From assembly GCF_001194135.2 (NCBI RefSeq), contig NC_068983.1, forward strand, positions 36,591,621 through 36,635,980: a stretch of DNA of 44,360 bases. The letters are read 5' to 3'. The stretch's first letter is position 1. Each line of letters starts with the position of its first letter. Positions 22,545-35,034 of this stretch are shown here, piece after piece. The DNA is from Octopus bimaculoides. Lineage: Eukaryota. The notes beneath the pieces are model-generated. The model was not told where the DNA came from, searched no databases, and saw only the letters and a list, made by a program, of their open reading frames with translations. Position numbers and translations under genes: made by a program.

Positions 22545-22690
22545 GCTTATATATCAACAACAGACTCCTTTTTAACATCCATTTTCCATGCTTGCATGAG
22601 TCAGATGAAATTTGTTGACGCAGAATTTCTACAGATGGGCACCCTTCCTGTTGCCAACCCTGACCTGTTTCTAAGCAACGTAATATTTCT
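22545..22690 (-). mobile_element. Family E retroelement 3' end, decayed
   Basis: tttaacatccattttccatgc...tttctacagatgggcacccttcctgttgccaacc. Confidence 0.6.
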
Positions 22691-22719
22691 CCTGTCCAGA
22701 CATATTTCCCCACAAGGCT

Positions 22720-22830
22720 TTAGTTAGCCCGCGGCTATAGAAAAAGACACATGTCTAAGGTACCATGCAGCAGGATTGAACCTGAGACTACATGGTTGGG
22801 AAGTAAGCTTCACAGCTACATCTGTGCCTT
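22720..22830 (-). mobile_element. SINE family A head fragment
   Basis: ggctatagaaaaagacacatgtctaaggtaccatgcagcaggattgaacctgag. Confidence 0.65.
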
Positions 22831-23861
22831 TATGAAGAGAAAATAAAACAAAATTAAGAGAAAACAGATTTCCTGAGGGAATGGGAAATCAGAAAATATT
22901 TGTGCCATTTCAACTGTCTTCCTTTCACTCACAAAATAAAAACAACTAGTTGTTGCTATTTAGTAAACAAGTCAACCTTGATCATAAAGAACTTACAAAG
23001 ACATTCCAACCATGACTCTCCGGTCTTTTTGTATATCCAGAACTACATTATTCATAGTCAGTTTCTTTTGATGTTTTTAGGATGGTAGGGTGTGAATCAA
23101 GGGAGATTTGACTACTATTTCGAGATTTCTTGCAGGTTGAGTGATTATACACAACCCCTCACACCTTCACTTCCTTAGCTCATTATCTCATCTTCTGGTT
23201 GACGTAATTATTGATTATATAATTTGCAGACCAGTCAAACAATTTATTAATTTGTATAGCATTTTTTATGTGTTTTTTTTCTCCTTTTTTTTTTGCATGG
23301 TTTTTTATCAGTGCAGTGTAAATAATATATTTTTGTGGAGCAGATGTAGGATGCCTGCTGTAGTTAAATATTAACAATTCTTTGGGAAAGAGGAAGAGGA
23401 AGGTGGTTAGATTGTATGTGTTTTAGACAGGAAAATTTACTGTTTTGACATATTGCCTACACTAATGAAACTCAAACAAACATTTAAATTATTTCAAACA
23501 CATGAATGATTAATATTTAATCATAAACACACACACATACACACACGCATGTATGTGTGATCACGTTTGTATATATATGTGTCCATGAGCGTGTGTGTAT
23601 CCTTCATTTTACAGAGTAGATTGGTTCCGCCAGTAACCACAGCGAATCACAATCATAAAGTGAGGAAGATACGTTTTTAATGACATTATTAATGAAACAA
23701 AACAAACAAAATTTAAACAATTAATTATTGAAATGGGGGTGATGAAAACAACAATTGTTATTATTCCAATTAATTATATTAGTTCTGATGTTTCATTTCA
23801 TTCCTTTTAATTTTTCTCAGTCTCATCTTACTCCATGTCCTCACCATCATCATCATCACTA

Positions 23862-24075
23862 CCATCATTTACTGGTGCTAGTGCCATGCAAAAACGCATC
23901 CATTATACTCTGCAAAATGGTTGACGTTAGGAAGGGCCTCCAGTTATAGAAACCAAGCCCAAAACAGATTATGGAACATAGTGCAGCCCCTGGCCTTGCC
24001 AGCACCTGTAAAGTTGTCCAACCCATGCCAGCATGGAAAACAGATGTTAAATGATGATGATAATGATGATGATGC
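23862..24075 (+). mobile_element. Family E retroelement 3' end
   Basis: gttgacgttaggaagggcctccagttatagaaacc...ccaacccatgccagcatggaaaacagatgttaaatgatgatga. Confidence 0.75.
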
Positions 24076-24396
24076 TTGTATGGGTCAGACAGAATTTGTT
24101 GAGACAAATTTTCAAAGGCTGAAGACCCTTCATGCCATCAATCCTCACTTGCTTGCGTGTAAGGTAATATTTTCTGTGTTTTCCCTGAAATCAGGTTTCC
24201 CATATTTTCATGGAAGATTAAAAACAAACAATGCTGACTGTATGATGGTGACACTTGTTTACAGATATCATGTGGTATATATATATATATATATANNNNN
24301 NNNNNNNNNNNNNNNNNNNNNNNNNNNNNNNNNNNNNNNNNNNNNNNNNNNNNNNNNNNNNNNNNNNNNNNNNNNNNNNNNNNNNNNNNNNNNNNA

Positions 24397-24676
24397 TCAT
24401 TTAACGTCCGCTTTCCATGATAGCATGGGTTGGATGATTTGACTGGGAGTTGGCGAACCAGATGGCTACACAAGACTCCAATCTTATCTGGCAGAGTTTC
24501 TACAGCTGGATGCCCTTCCTAACGCCAACCACTCCGAGAGTGTAGTGGGTGCTTTTTACGTGCCACCGGCACGAGGGCCAGTCCGGTGGTACTGGCAACG
24601 GCCACACTCAAATGGTGTTTTTTACGTGCCACCTGCACAGGAGTCAGTCCAATGTTTTGTTCACATGCCACCGGCA
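24397..24676 (-). mobile_element. Family E retroelement 3' end, young
   Basis: atcatttaacgtccgctttccatgatagcatgggttgg...ggatgcccttcctaacgccaaccactccgag. Internal repeats of 'ttttacgtgccacc'. CpG-rich. Confidence 0.85.
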
Positions 24677-24686
24677 NNNNNNNNNN

Positions 24687-24760
<74 letters not shown>

Positions 24761-24849
24761 ATATACATATATATACACTCATATATATACTTATATATAT
24801 ATACATATGTATATACACACACACATATATATATAAACTCTCTCTCTCT

Positions 24850-25190
24850 TTTTACTCTTTTACTTGTTTCATTCATTTGACTGCGGCCATGCTGGAGCAT
24901 CCCCTTTAGTCGAGTAAATCAACCCTAGGACTTATTCTATCTTTTGCCGAACTGTTAAGTTACGGGGACACAAACTCACTACCATTGGTTGCAAAGCGAT
25001 GTTGGGGGGACAAATACAGACACACAAACATATATATATATATATACATATACCAAATCCACTCACAGGGCTTTGGTCGACCAGAGGCTATAGTAGAAGA
25101 CATTTGCCCAAGGTGCCATGAAGTGGGAATGAACCTAATACCATGTGGTTGGTAAGGAAGCTACTTACCACACAGCCACTCCTGCACTTA
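24850..25190 (-). mobile_element. SINE family A, near full length
   Basis: 'cttttacttgtttcattcatttgactgcggccatgctggagc' through 'cttaccacacagccactcctgc'. Confidence 0.88.
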
Positions 25191-25255
25191 TACACATACA
25201 TATATACACATATATATACACACATATATATACATACATATATAGATATAAATAT

Positions 25256-25296
<41 letters not shown>

Positions 25297-25714
25297 NNNN
25301 NNNNNNNNNNNNNNNNNNNNNNNNNNNNNNNNNNNNNNNNNNNNNNNNNNNNNNNNNNNNNNNNNNNNNNNNNNNNNNNNNNNNNNNNNNNNNNNNNNNN
25401 NNNNNNNNNNNNNNNNNNNNNNNNNNNNNNNNNNNNNNNNNNNNNNNNNNNNNNNNNNNNNNNNNNNNNNNNNNNNNNNNNNNNNNNNNNNNNNNNNNNN
25501 NNNNNNNNNNNNNNNNNNNNNNNNNNNNNNNNNNNNNNNNNNNNNNNNNNNNNNNNNNNNNNNNNNNNNNNNNNNNNNNNNNNNNNNNNNNNNNNNNNNN
25601 NNNNNNNNNNNNNNNNNNNNNNNNNNNNNNNNNNNNNNNNNNNNNNNNNNNNNNNNNNNNNNNNNNNNNNNNNNNNNNNNNNNNNNNNNNNNNNNNNNNN
25701 NNNNNNNNNNNNNN

Positions 25715-25745
<31 letters not shown>

Positions 25746-25906
25746 ACGGGCTTCTTTCAGTTTCTGTCTACCAAATCCACTAACAAGGCTTTGGTCGGCC
25801 CGAAGCTATAGTAGAAGACACTTGCCCAAGATGCCTCACAGTGGGACTGAACCCGGAACCATGTGGTTGGTAAGCAAGCTACTTACCACACAGCCACTCC
25901 TACGCC
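25746..25906 (-). mobile_element. SINE family A head, young
   Basis: acgggcttctttcagtttctgtctaccaaatccac...gggactgaacccggaaccatgtggttggtaagcaagctacttaccacacagccactcctacgcc. Confidence 0.9.
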
Positions 25907-25911
25907 TACAA

Positions 25912-26083
25912 GTTGTGGTGAAAGAGTACAGCAGGGTTCGCCACCATCCCCTGCCGCAGCCTCGTGTAGCCTTAGGTGTTCTCGCTCAATAAACACTCAC
26001 AACGCCGGGACTGGGAATCGAAACCGTGATCCTATGACTGCGATCCTACGACCGCGAGCCCGCTGCCCTAAGCACTGGGACAT
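25912..26083 (-). mobile_element. SINE family C, 5' part
   Basis: gttgtggtgaaagagtacagcagggttcgccacc...gggaatcgaaacc matches 12911-13077. Confidence 0.85.
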
Positions 26084-26469
26084 TACATATACATACATGT
26101 ATCTATAATAAACATAAAATGCATGGATGTATGTGTGCATATATGTATAAACGCACATACATTCACAATGTATATTTGTATTTTGCTAGAGTCATCTTTG
26201 TCTCTTATTGGACATATGTACATATTGTTTTTCATTTCAAATGCATATGCATGCATATGTGCATGTGTGTGTGAGTGAGAGAAAGAAAGAGATGGAGGGA
26301 GATAGAGAATATGAGAGAGAGTGTGAGTGGGAGAATGTATGTTTTAAGACCATTCCACACCCACAAAGGGTGCATTACTGTCAATGGTGACCCTACCCTC
26401 CAGTTATTGAGGTTTCCTGGACATTTATGTACATACATATTTTAATATAGCTTAGCCAGGACAAATGGT

Positions 26470-26760
26470 TGTCATGGCCATCACAGGATGTCTGATACAG
26501 GTGAGACTGAAACAATTTATGTTCACCTTGAATATCTCAGAGTTGACATCTGTAGGAGAAGTGTAGGTGGATGTAGGAGATGCAGATGGTTGATGCACTA
26601 GGGAAGAATTGTTGTGTAAATTGATTTGTGCTAGAATGAGAGTAGAGGGTAATTATCTGTGTTAGTAAGATGTAGAGGGAAGGGTCCAGGTTGACACAAA
26701 GTCCCTGGTGGTTGATATAGAAGTGGGGTAGAAACCAATGAATCATAAGTGTCTGTAAGA
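26470..26760 (-). pseudogene. CR1/L2-group LINE ORF2 3' end relic
   Basis: Minus strand reads STNQFTQQFFPSASTI, then after a frameshift text like PTDVNSEIFKVNIN. Same terminal motif as 2930-3100. Confidence 0.45.
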
Positions 26761-27261
26761 TGTAATAGTGTACATAAATGTTTATATATACAACATAATG
26801 AAATATACACATTTATACTGCAAGAATAATTTAAATTTAAATCAAACATTTGAAAGTGAAAGTAGAAATAGTTCAGAAAACAAACAGGTTGATTTTGAAA
26901 GAAGAAAAACAAGACTAAAAGAGATTTAGTAAAAGTAAACAAATACATACTTGTGAGAATTAACTCTTTTAGGGTCAAAATAGATACTGTTGCCAAAATG
27001 GTGCAGGTATTTTACTAAAGCCCTGGCTTGTTTATTATTAAATCAGGTGATTTGTCCTTTGCTTGTCATAATGCACAATTTATCACAGAAATGTCAATCT
27101 GATGCCAGAGCTGGACAAGTTCCTTTCCAACCATTTAGTTTAACATCGAAGTTGTGAGGAATAATATTCTATCCATCCTTCAATTCTATAGCTTCCATTT
27201 GTTTACCTGCAGAGAATGTTACAGTTTCCAAACAGCTGAGAAAGAGTGACAGAAAGAAAGA

Positions 27262-27286
27262 GACAGAATGTCAGCGGAAGAAAGTG

Positions 27287-27329
<43 letters not shown>

Positions 27330-27330
27330 T

Positions 27331-27372
<42 letters not shown>

Positions 27373-27519
27373 TCGTTTGTGTTCTGATAATGGATCTATC
27401 TATCAGCATCCAAAGGATATCTACAGTAAAATCACTGCTAGACTGGCTGCTGATACTGGTACCATCAGAGTGGTAGTGAAAGGGAGATATAGGGGTGGAG
27501 GAGCTGTAGTGGTATATAG

Positions 27520-27581
<62 letters not shown>

Positions 27582-27610
27582 ATGTATGAATGAATGTATG
27601 NNNNNNNNNN

Positions 27611-27674
<64 letters not shown>

Positions 27675-28033
27675 ATGTATGAATGAATGTATGTGTGTGT
27701 GTATGTGTATGAGTGTGTACATGTGCATATGTGTATGCCTGGGATTATGTGTGTGTCACTGTGTGTGTGTGTGTGTGTGTGTTTATGTGTGTATGTGTGG
27801 TTGGGTATGTGTTTGTATGTGTGTGAATGCAATGATATGTGTGGCTATGTGCATACATGTATGTATGTATGTGTGGGATGTGTGGCTATGTGAGTATATG
27901 TATGACTGTGGGGGCGTGGTATATGTGACTGCACGTGTGTGTGTGGGTGGGTTTGGAGTGTGTGGCTATGTATGGCTGTATGGTACATGTGCTTGTGTCT
28001 ATGACTCTGTGTGTGTGTGTGTGTGTGTGTGTG
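27262..28033. repeat. (GA)n and (GT)n/(GTAT)n simple-repeat block
   Basis: Visible runs with a 10-N gap at 27601-27610. Confidence 0.9.
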
Positions 28034-28708
28034 CAGAATTGTGTATGTACGTATATGCAAAGCTGAATGTGTGTGGAAGACGGCAGGACAGCTAATGCTA
28101 CAGTTTGTATTTAATAAAGCTGATATTAGGATTCTGGTGAATACACATTAGTTAATTTAAGACAGCTTTTCTAATATTACAATCACAATCAACACCTTCA
28201 TTACCAATAACTATTTCTAATTAAGGATCGAGGCCAGTAATTTTATGGGATTTGAACTCGGATTAAAGAACTGGAAGAAATACTGCAAGGCACTGTGTGT
28301 GATGTTTTAATGATTCTATCAATCCACTATCCACATAATTCTTTCAAAGTTTGGTACAAGGTCAGCAATTTGAGGGGAAGGGGTTAATTGATTACAACCC
28401 CAGAACTTAATTGGTACTTTATTCCCCAAATCTGATCTCCTGTTTCTATCCTCCACTCATTCACCTGCTTGCGTTCTGAGAGTATGCCCTAACACCTCAT
28501 CATCACCTCTCCTTTTCCAGCTGGGATAGCCATGTACCACGTTCACAGCAACACACCTGTTCCTATCCCTCTATTATACTCTTGCCCCTTGACACCTGGC
28601 ATAAGCTCCCTCTCTCAATATTATCCCCACCACCCACTGCCATTCAATGTAGTGGTTTTGTCATGCAAGCTACTTGGCAACCTCCCTAGTGCCAGTGACA
28701 CAAAACAG

Positions 28709-28748
<40 letters not shown>

Positions 28749-28879
28749 NNNNNNNNNNNNNNNNNNNNNNNNNNNNNNNNNNNNNNNNNNNNNNNNNNNN
28801 NNNNNNNNNNNNNNNNNNNNNNNNNNNNNNNNNNNNNNNNNNNNNNNNNNNNNNNNNNNNNNNNNNNNNNNNNNNNNNN

Positions 28880-28912
<33 letters not shown>

Positions 28913-30142
28913 GACAGTAACTTTAGTAACTACAGCATGTAATACATATAAAAACCTTAAGACATATACTGAAAATTAATTTTCACATTAGTGTATTCTA
29001 AAACTTAAAGTAATAATAACATGTTAAACCACACAACATATTTATTAGTTCTAAATTGACACGGTATTTATGCCCAGCTAAGAATAGAGCATAGAAACAT
29101 TCATAAAAATTTATTTAGTCACCAGATATTAGTCGCCCATCAACTGACTTTAACAAAGTAGATTTGGGTGTGTAGAAAAATCATATGTGAGAATAAACGA
29201 AATGTTTACAATAAGAATGTTAAAATTTAACTGGCTGACCTGCTGTTTTAAGTTTTATCATTAGCAACATATTTAGGAAGTGAATAAAATTATATACCTT
29301 TATTGAAGATCCAGACCTTTGTTTAGGAAAAGAGATTTAGACTTGTGTGTTGTTTTCATGTTAATGTAAGCTTAGCTTTTACATGCATTTTTCTTTTGTT
29401 CTGTAAAATGCTTTATTATTAATTGGACATAAATACTATGTCAGTTTATGGCTCGTAATTATGCAGCGTGGTTCAACATGTATTACATATTGGTTAAAGT
29501 TAAGGATACATCCATGTAAAGACTATCTTCCAATATACATGCCAGAGTGTTACACCAACAAAGACAAGTTATAGAACATGTGTATAATATATAAAACATG
29601 TGGTATACTAACATGGGTTGGGTTAGTGAAACTAATTCAGGCAGTTGCACCAATTACAATAATTTGATTTTCAAGCAATGGCTGACTGACATGTCTTCTT
29701 CAAGTGATTAAAATTGAGATGCATTTGACCCTGCCACACAAGCAATCTCTGTCCAGTATTAACTTGATAAGTCCTAATTTCATGTTAAGTGTCTCTGCCA
29801 ATAAATAACACAATAGCAGGAGTGGTCTTCATCTTAGAGTGCACAAGTGTCCAAAATAAATAGCATCTGATGTGGCCAGGTGTTTAACCTTTAAAGAAAG
29901 ACTAAATATAAAATCTTAACATGTTATCATGCCATCTCTTACACACATTTCAGGTTATTCGATATCTAGCCTATTGCCTGGTTTAACACACCAGGTACCA
30001 AATTCTAAAGGTTCCAGATTTGGTACCTTTAGAAGATTCTACTCTGTTGTAAGTACTCAGGCCAGGTATGTAGGTTGAGGATACCTGCCTCTCACCAGCT
30101 TTGGAAGCCCCATAAATTGCTTCTGTTTGTCCATTCATTCAT

Positions 30143-30330
30143 CCCAGTCACTTCTTGACAACTGGTGTTGATTTGTTCATGTCCTCATAATTTAGGAGAT
30201 TAGCAAGAGACCAAAACAATAAATATCAGACTTAAAAACAAGGACTAGGGTCAATTTGTCTGACTAAACCCTTCAGGGCAGTGCTCCAGCATGGCCACAC
30301 TCCAGTGAGTAAAGCAAGCAAAAGATAAAA
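30143..30330 (+). mobile_element. SINE family A tail
   Basis: cttgacaactggtgttg...gactaaacccttcagggcagtgctccagcatggccac. Confidence 0.8.
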
Positions 30331-30339
30331 TATGACTTA

Positions 30340-30478
30340 CATCTGCCAAATCCACTCACAAGGATTTGGTCGGCCCAAGGCTATAATAGAAGACACTTGC
30401 CCAAGGTGCCACACAGTGGGGCTGAACCCAGAACCATGTGGCTGGTAAGCAAGCTACTTACCACACAGCCACTCCTGT
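30340..30478 (-). mobile_element. SINE family A head
   Basis: ccaaatccactcacaagg...gaagacacttgcccaaggtgccacacagtggggctgaacccagaacc...ttaccacacagccactcctg. Confidence 0.88.
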
Positions 30479-30574
30479 ATATACATACTTCTATGTAAGT
30501 GCACACATGCATGTGTGTGTGTGTGTTGTCTCCACGATATTCAATAAGCCTTAGTTTGTTACTCACAATTACCA

Positions 30575-31010
30575 TTATCATCTTTCAATGTCTGTCTTCT
30601 GTGTTGGTATGGGTCGGATGGTTTGAGATGATCTGACAGGTTGTGGGACTGCGTTGTACTCCATGATCTGCTTTAGCATGTTTTCCACTGTTGGATGCTC
30701 TTCCTAATGCCAACCACTTTACAGAATGTACTGGATGCTTTTTACATGGCACCAGTACTAGTGAGATCACCATATAGCTCACAAAACTAAATCCCCTTTC
30801 AACTGAGTGATGCTACAATAGAGAGGTATGCAGCTTCATTGTAGGTGATGAGAGATTAAAGTACAAAAGAAGGAGCTAGAATTTTGCCATAGAGGAGACA
30901 CAAGGTTACTTGCATTATACAAAAGTGGAGGAGGAAAATCAGGATGAGGTTAGAGAGAGCGATAAAGATGGTGGTAACAAGGTATCAGGGTGGGCCCTTA
31001 AAGAACAAGG
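30575..31010 (-). mobile_element. Family E retroelement, decayed
   Basis: ggatgctcttcctaatgccaaccactttacagaatgtactggatgctttttacatggcacc. Its extension resembles 4330-4500. Confidence 0.65.
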
Positions 31011-31714
31011 TAAATAGAAGTGGGGAGAGAACAACAGGAAGGGTGGGTGAATAAAATCCAGGAATCGAACTCACTACCTCATAATTGCGAGCCCGAAACT
31101 AACCACTGAGCCATGTGCCTTCACATGTGACTAAGTAATACATTATAAAATCAGCCTAGCTCTCATTTTGGTACTAACAGCAATCAGTGTTGAATGCTTT
31201 TGCTGCAGGTTATCAAAGAATCTATGGACTGGTGTTATCCTAATCATTTGAATTTGTGAATGGAAAGCATAATCAGGAGAGGAATATTGTAGGGAAAGTC
31301 ATTTACGAGTTACCATAAATTAAACAAGTGAATTTATTCCTATTAACACACATGAAGAAACTTGTAATTATTCACAAATGAATTGACCCAAACAATGGAC
31401 TAAATTAATTGTTCCATTATAAAAAGAAGACAAGATTTTCCTTTAGGTACTTTCTTAGTGATTTGTGTTCCATGATAATACAGGAAGTCCTTCTTAACAA
31501 TCAATAAGTTTTGCTGAGTTTTGTTGTATGAATGTAGTCAATTGTGAGATATCTGCACTATATGATAAGTGTTATTTTATTACTTGCTGCTTCATGTTGA
31601 GCAAAGCTTTCAGATAATGTATCTTTCAATTACACAACTTCATTTATAATCTCAAATGTCCTTCATATTTTATTCGTGCTTCTGTGGCAGATAATGATGA
31701 TAATATTGGTTTCA

Positions 31715-31910
31715 AATTTTGACTCTAGGCCAGCTAGTTCAGAGGGAGGGGGATAGTCGATTACATTAACCCCAATGCTCAACTGGTACTTGTTTATTGA
31801 CCTCGTAAGCAAAGTTGACTTCGGTGGAATTTGAACTCAGAACATAAAGACAGACAAAATGCCACAAAGCATTTTGCTCAACATGCTAATGATTCTGACA
31901 GCTTGCCACT
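31715..31910 (-). mobile_element. SINE family B
   Basis: ctggtacttg...gcaaagttgacttcggtggaatttgaactcagaac...gacagcttgccac. Confidence 0.82.
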
Positions 31911-32149
31911 TTTATAATAATGATAATGTTAAGCATGTCAGTGCTTGTGGAATTTTCATGGGAAAATACAAAAGTGGTTTTCTGTAGCCTTCCTATGGGT
32001 AATTTTTACAAAACTCCTTATCAGCAAGATTCAGATAAGTCTACCAAACCTACTTGGGTATACAGAATGTAAAGAAAAAGACCAAATAGCACAAAGTATT
32101 ACTTTGTCCAATGGTCTAACAGTTCTGCCATTCCAATGTTCTGGACTGG

Positions 32150-32280
32150 CAATTTATTTTATTGACCCAAAGCAAAGGTGACACTGATGGAATTTGAACT
32201 CAAAACATAAAAAGCTGTAACAAATACTGCAAAAATAATCTGACAATAATAATTTTGCCAATTCGCCACTTCTCTTTATA
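32150..32280 (-). mobile_element. SINE family B, decayed
   Basis: gacccaaagcaaaggtgac..atggaatttgaactcaaaac...gccaattcgccac. Confidence 0.65.
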
Positions 32281-32297
32281 CTTATTGCTCTCTGCCA

Positions 32298-32515
32298 TAA
32301 GGTAGCAAGCTGGCAGAATTGTGTTGGACAAAATGCTTAGTGGCATTTCATTCTGAGTAAATTTTGCACTTTATCTTTCTGAGGTTGACTGCATTTTATT
32401 CTTTTGAGGCCGATAAAAGATAAAATAAGTGCCAGTCAACTACTGGGGTCAATGTAATCAACTTACTTCCTCCCCTAAATTTGCTAGCCTAGGTCCCAAA
32501 TTATAAAGGATTATT
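32298..32515 (+). mobile_element. SINE family B
   Basis: aaggtagcaagctggcagaattgtg...gaggccgataaaagataaaataagtgccagtc. Confidence 0.7.
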
Positions 32516-32870
32516 ATTATCAGCTGTAGAAAGAGTAATGAAATGTCAAAGATTTTTGAGATTATAAATAAAATGGAATGCAATTGAAATCTAACTTGAG
32601 ACACCTAATCTGAAAGACTCATTCAATGTAGAACATGCAGCAACACAGACAACACACAAATGATAACGTTCACATGGCAAAACTCCTTGTGAATGAATGA
32701 CTTCCTCTTTTAGTAGTTAACACACAAAAAGCACCTGTCAAGGAAACCACCAGGGTCATTTGTTAACCTGATGGCACAAAGAAGGAACGGTAACAGCAAC
32801 ACCTGAAGTCAATAAATTTAACAGCCATAAACATTTCTAAGACCGAAAATAAGATGAAAGTTCAAACATA

Positions 32871-33288
32871 GGCGCAGGAGTGGCTGTGTGGTTCTGGGTT
32901 CAGTCCCACTGCGTGGCACCTTGGGCAAGTGTCTTCTACTATAGCCTCGGGCCGACCAAAGCCTTGTGTGTGGATTTGGTAGACGGAAACTGAAAGAAGC
33001 CCGTCGTATATATGTATATGTATATATATATGTATGTGTGTATATATGTTTGTGTCTGTATTTGTCCCCAGCATCATTTGACAACCGATGCTGGTGTGTT
33101 TATGTCCCCGTAACTTAGCGATTTGGCAAAAGAGACCGATAGAATAAGTACTAGGCTTACAAAGAATAAGTCCTAGGGNNNNNNNNNNCTAGGCTTACAA
33201 AGAATAAGTCCTAGGGTCGATTTGCTCGACTAAAGGCGGTGCTCCAGCATGGCTGCAGTCAAATGGCTGAAACAAGTAAAAGAGTAAA
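32871..33288 (+). mobile_element. SINE family A, young, with a deletion between box A and box B
   Basis: ggcgcaggagtggctgtgtggttctgggttcagtcccactgcgtggcaccttgggcaagtgtc... through to a complete tail. Confidence 0.92.
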
Positions 33289-33978
33289 ATGAAATATAAT
33301 GCTTCCTGTTAGGAAACTCATGCCAATATCAATCCATGGAAGAAAAGTTTACTCAAATATTCCATAAAGCTAACATTCTAACCAAAACTGTCATATTCGT
33401 ATGAAGACATGTTCCAAAGGTGCAACAATCTCTGGCATCTTAATGATGAATATTTTGAAGATGTCAGTTCACCTTATACTTTATCTTTTTCACTGATTAT
33501 ACCAATTCTTTCAAAGCCTTACTACTTTTTATTGTAGAAAAATACAAGTCTAACCTCAATTTATTGATTTACAAACATAATAACAGTGCAGTGACACACA
33601 AGCAAAAAGAACAGCAAAAAAAAAAAAAAAAACTTCCTAAAATATTCAACCAAGTTCTGCAGCTGTTTACTCTGCTTTATTTGAATAAAAGCTGCTCTTT
33701 GATATCAAGCCTTTGTCAATAGTGTTAAAATTCCTTTATAGATGATTGCATTTGACTGTCTGATTGGCTACCTATTATCTATATTTGACAGCTAATCTTT
33801 TCAAATCAACATGGAAGCTTCTATATCAAGTTTGAATAGTCTTTTTTTCCCTATCAGTGAACCTTATGAGGCATTGTTCATTGTAAATCAAGCCACACAT
33901 CTAAAAGAATAATTTAACAAACAACATATATATATAGTACAAGGTACACTGTGCCTATGTGTATACACAATATATATA

Positions 33979-34733
33979 CAGGATGCAATGGGTAAATTGT
34001 CGCCATTTTATATTTTTAATTTCATGCATGACATTGCTTGTTTTTGATTTTGTTGACTACACAATATAGTAGGGCACCGTCTATGAGAAAAACAGCACCA
34101 TGACACAATTCACTCATCCAGAAATTTGGAAACGACATGCAGTATTGCTTGGCGTTCATGCCAGAAGCTCCAATACAAACATTTCAGAGTGTTTGGGTGT
34201 CAGTCTGAGGACATGTACCAAGAGTGATAAAAATCAAACATCCAGTCAACATCATGGTGTTTGGAGTGAACACTAGTGATGGCAACATTGTACCTCCATT
34301 CATCTTCCCACACAGCCTCAGACTCAACATGGAAGCCTACATCAAGAGCCTGGAAGAGGTAGTGCTGTCTTGGATCAAGAGGGTAGCTGCTGGAAGATCC
34401 TATGTGTGGCAACAGGACTCTACACCATGCCACACAAAAATCCAGTCATGACTAACAGACAATTTATGCAACCACATCAGTCCTAACATCTGGCTACCCA
34501 ACTGCCCAGATTGCAACCCTCTTGATTATTACGTGTGGGGTACAGTTGAGTGAGAGACCAACAAAACTCCTTGTAACAGCAAAGATGAACTGAAGGCAAG
34601 GATTATGGCAGCATTCACCAACTTAAACAAGGAGACCGTCCAGAAGAGTTGCAGAGGCCTTGGTTCAAGTCAATGGTGATTGCATTGAATGAATTTACTC
34701 TAATTCAGACGACAGTTTATTCACCACACCCAG
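33979..34733 (+). mobile_element. Internally deleted Tc1/mariner element of maT (DD37D-like) type
   Basis: TA-flanked termini caggatgcaatgggtaaattgtcgcc and gacgacagtttattcaccacacccag. Translation MTQFTHPEIWKRHAVLLG..ISECLGVSLRT jumps to KHPVNIMVFG...YVWQQDSTPCH...WLPNCPDCNPLDYYVWG...KDELKARI. 35 residues separate the 2nd and 3rd D here; I infer a two-codon loss from a DD37D ancestor. Confidence 0.85.
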
Positions 34734-34763
34734 TATATATAGATATTTTTGATCTAGTTTGGA

Positions 34764-34842
34764 TCAACAAAATCAAAAACAAACAATGCACATACATGAA
34801 ATTAAAAATATAAAATGGCAACAATTTACCCATCATGTCCTG
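34764..34842 (-). mobile_element. Inverted second copy of the maT left end (79 bp)
   Basis: Reverse complement caggacatgatgggtaaattgttgccattttatatttttaatttcatgtatgtgcattgtttgtttttgattttgttga aligns to 33979-34056. Followed by TA. Confidence 0.85.
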
Positions 34843-34844
34843 TA

Positions 34845-34948
34845 TATATAATGTGTATACACATCTATACATATATGTATATATATATATACACACACAC
34901 ACACACTATATATATATATATATATATATATATNNNNNNNNNNACACA

Positions 34949-34995
<47 letters not shown>

Positions 34996-35034
34996 TATAT
35001 ACACTATTTACACATATATATACACACACACAGA

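Noticed and set aside
33151-33216. 28-bp direct repeat ctaggcttacaaagaataagtcctaggg inside a SINE
   Set aside because: The two copies flank a 10-N gap, the usual sign of unmerged overlapping contig ends. The same applies at 27601-27610 and 34934-34943.
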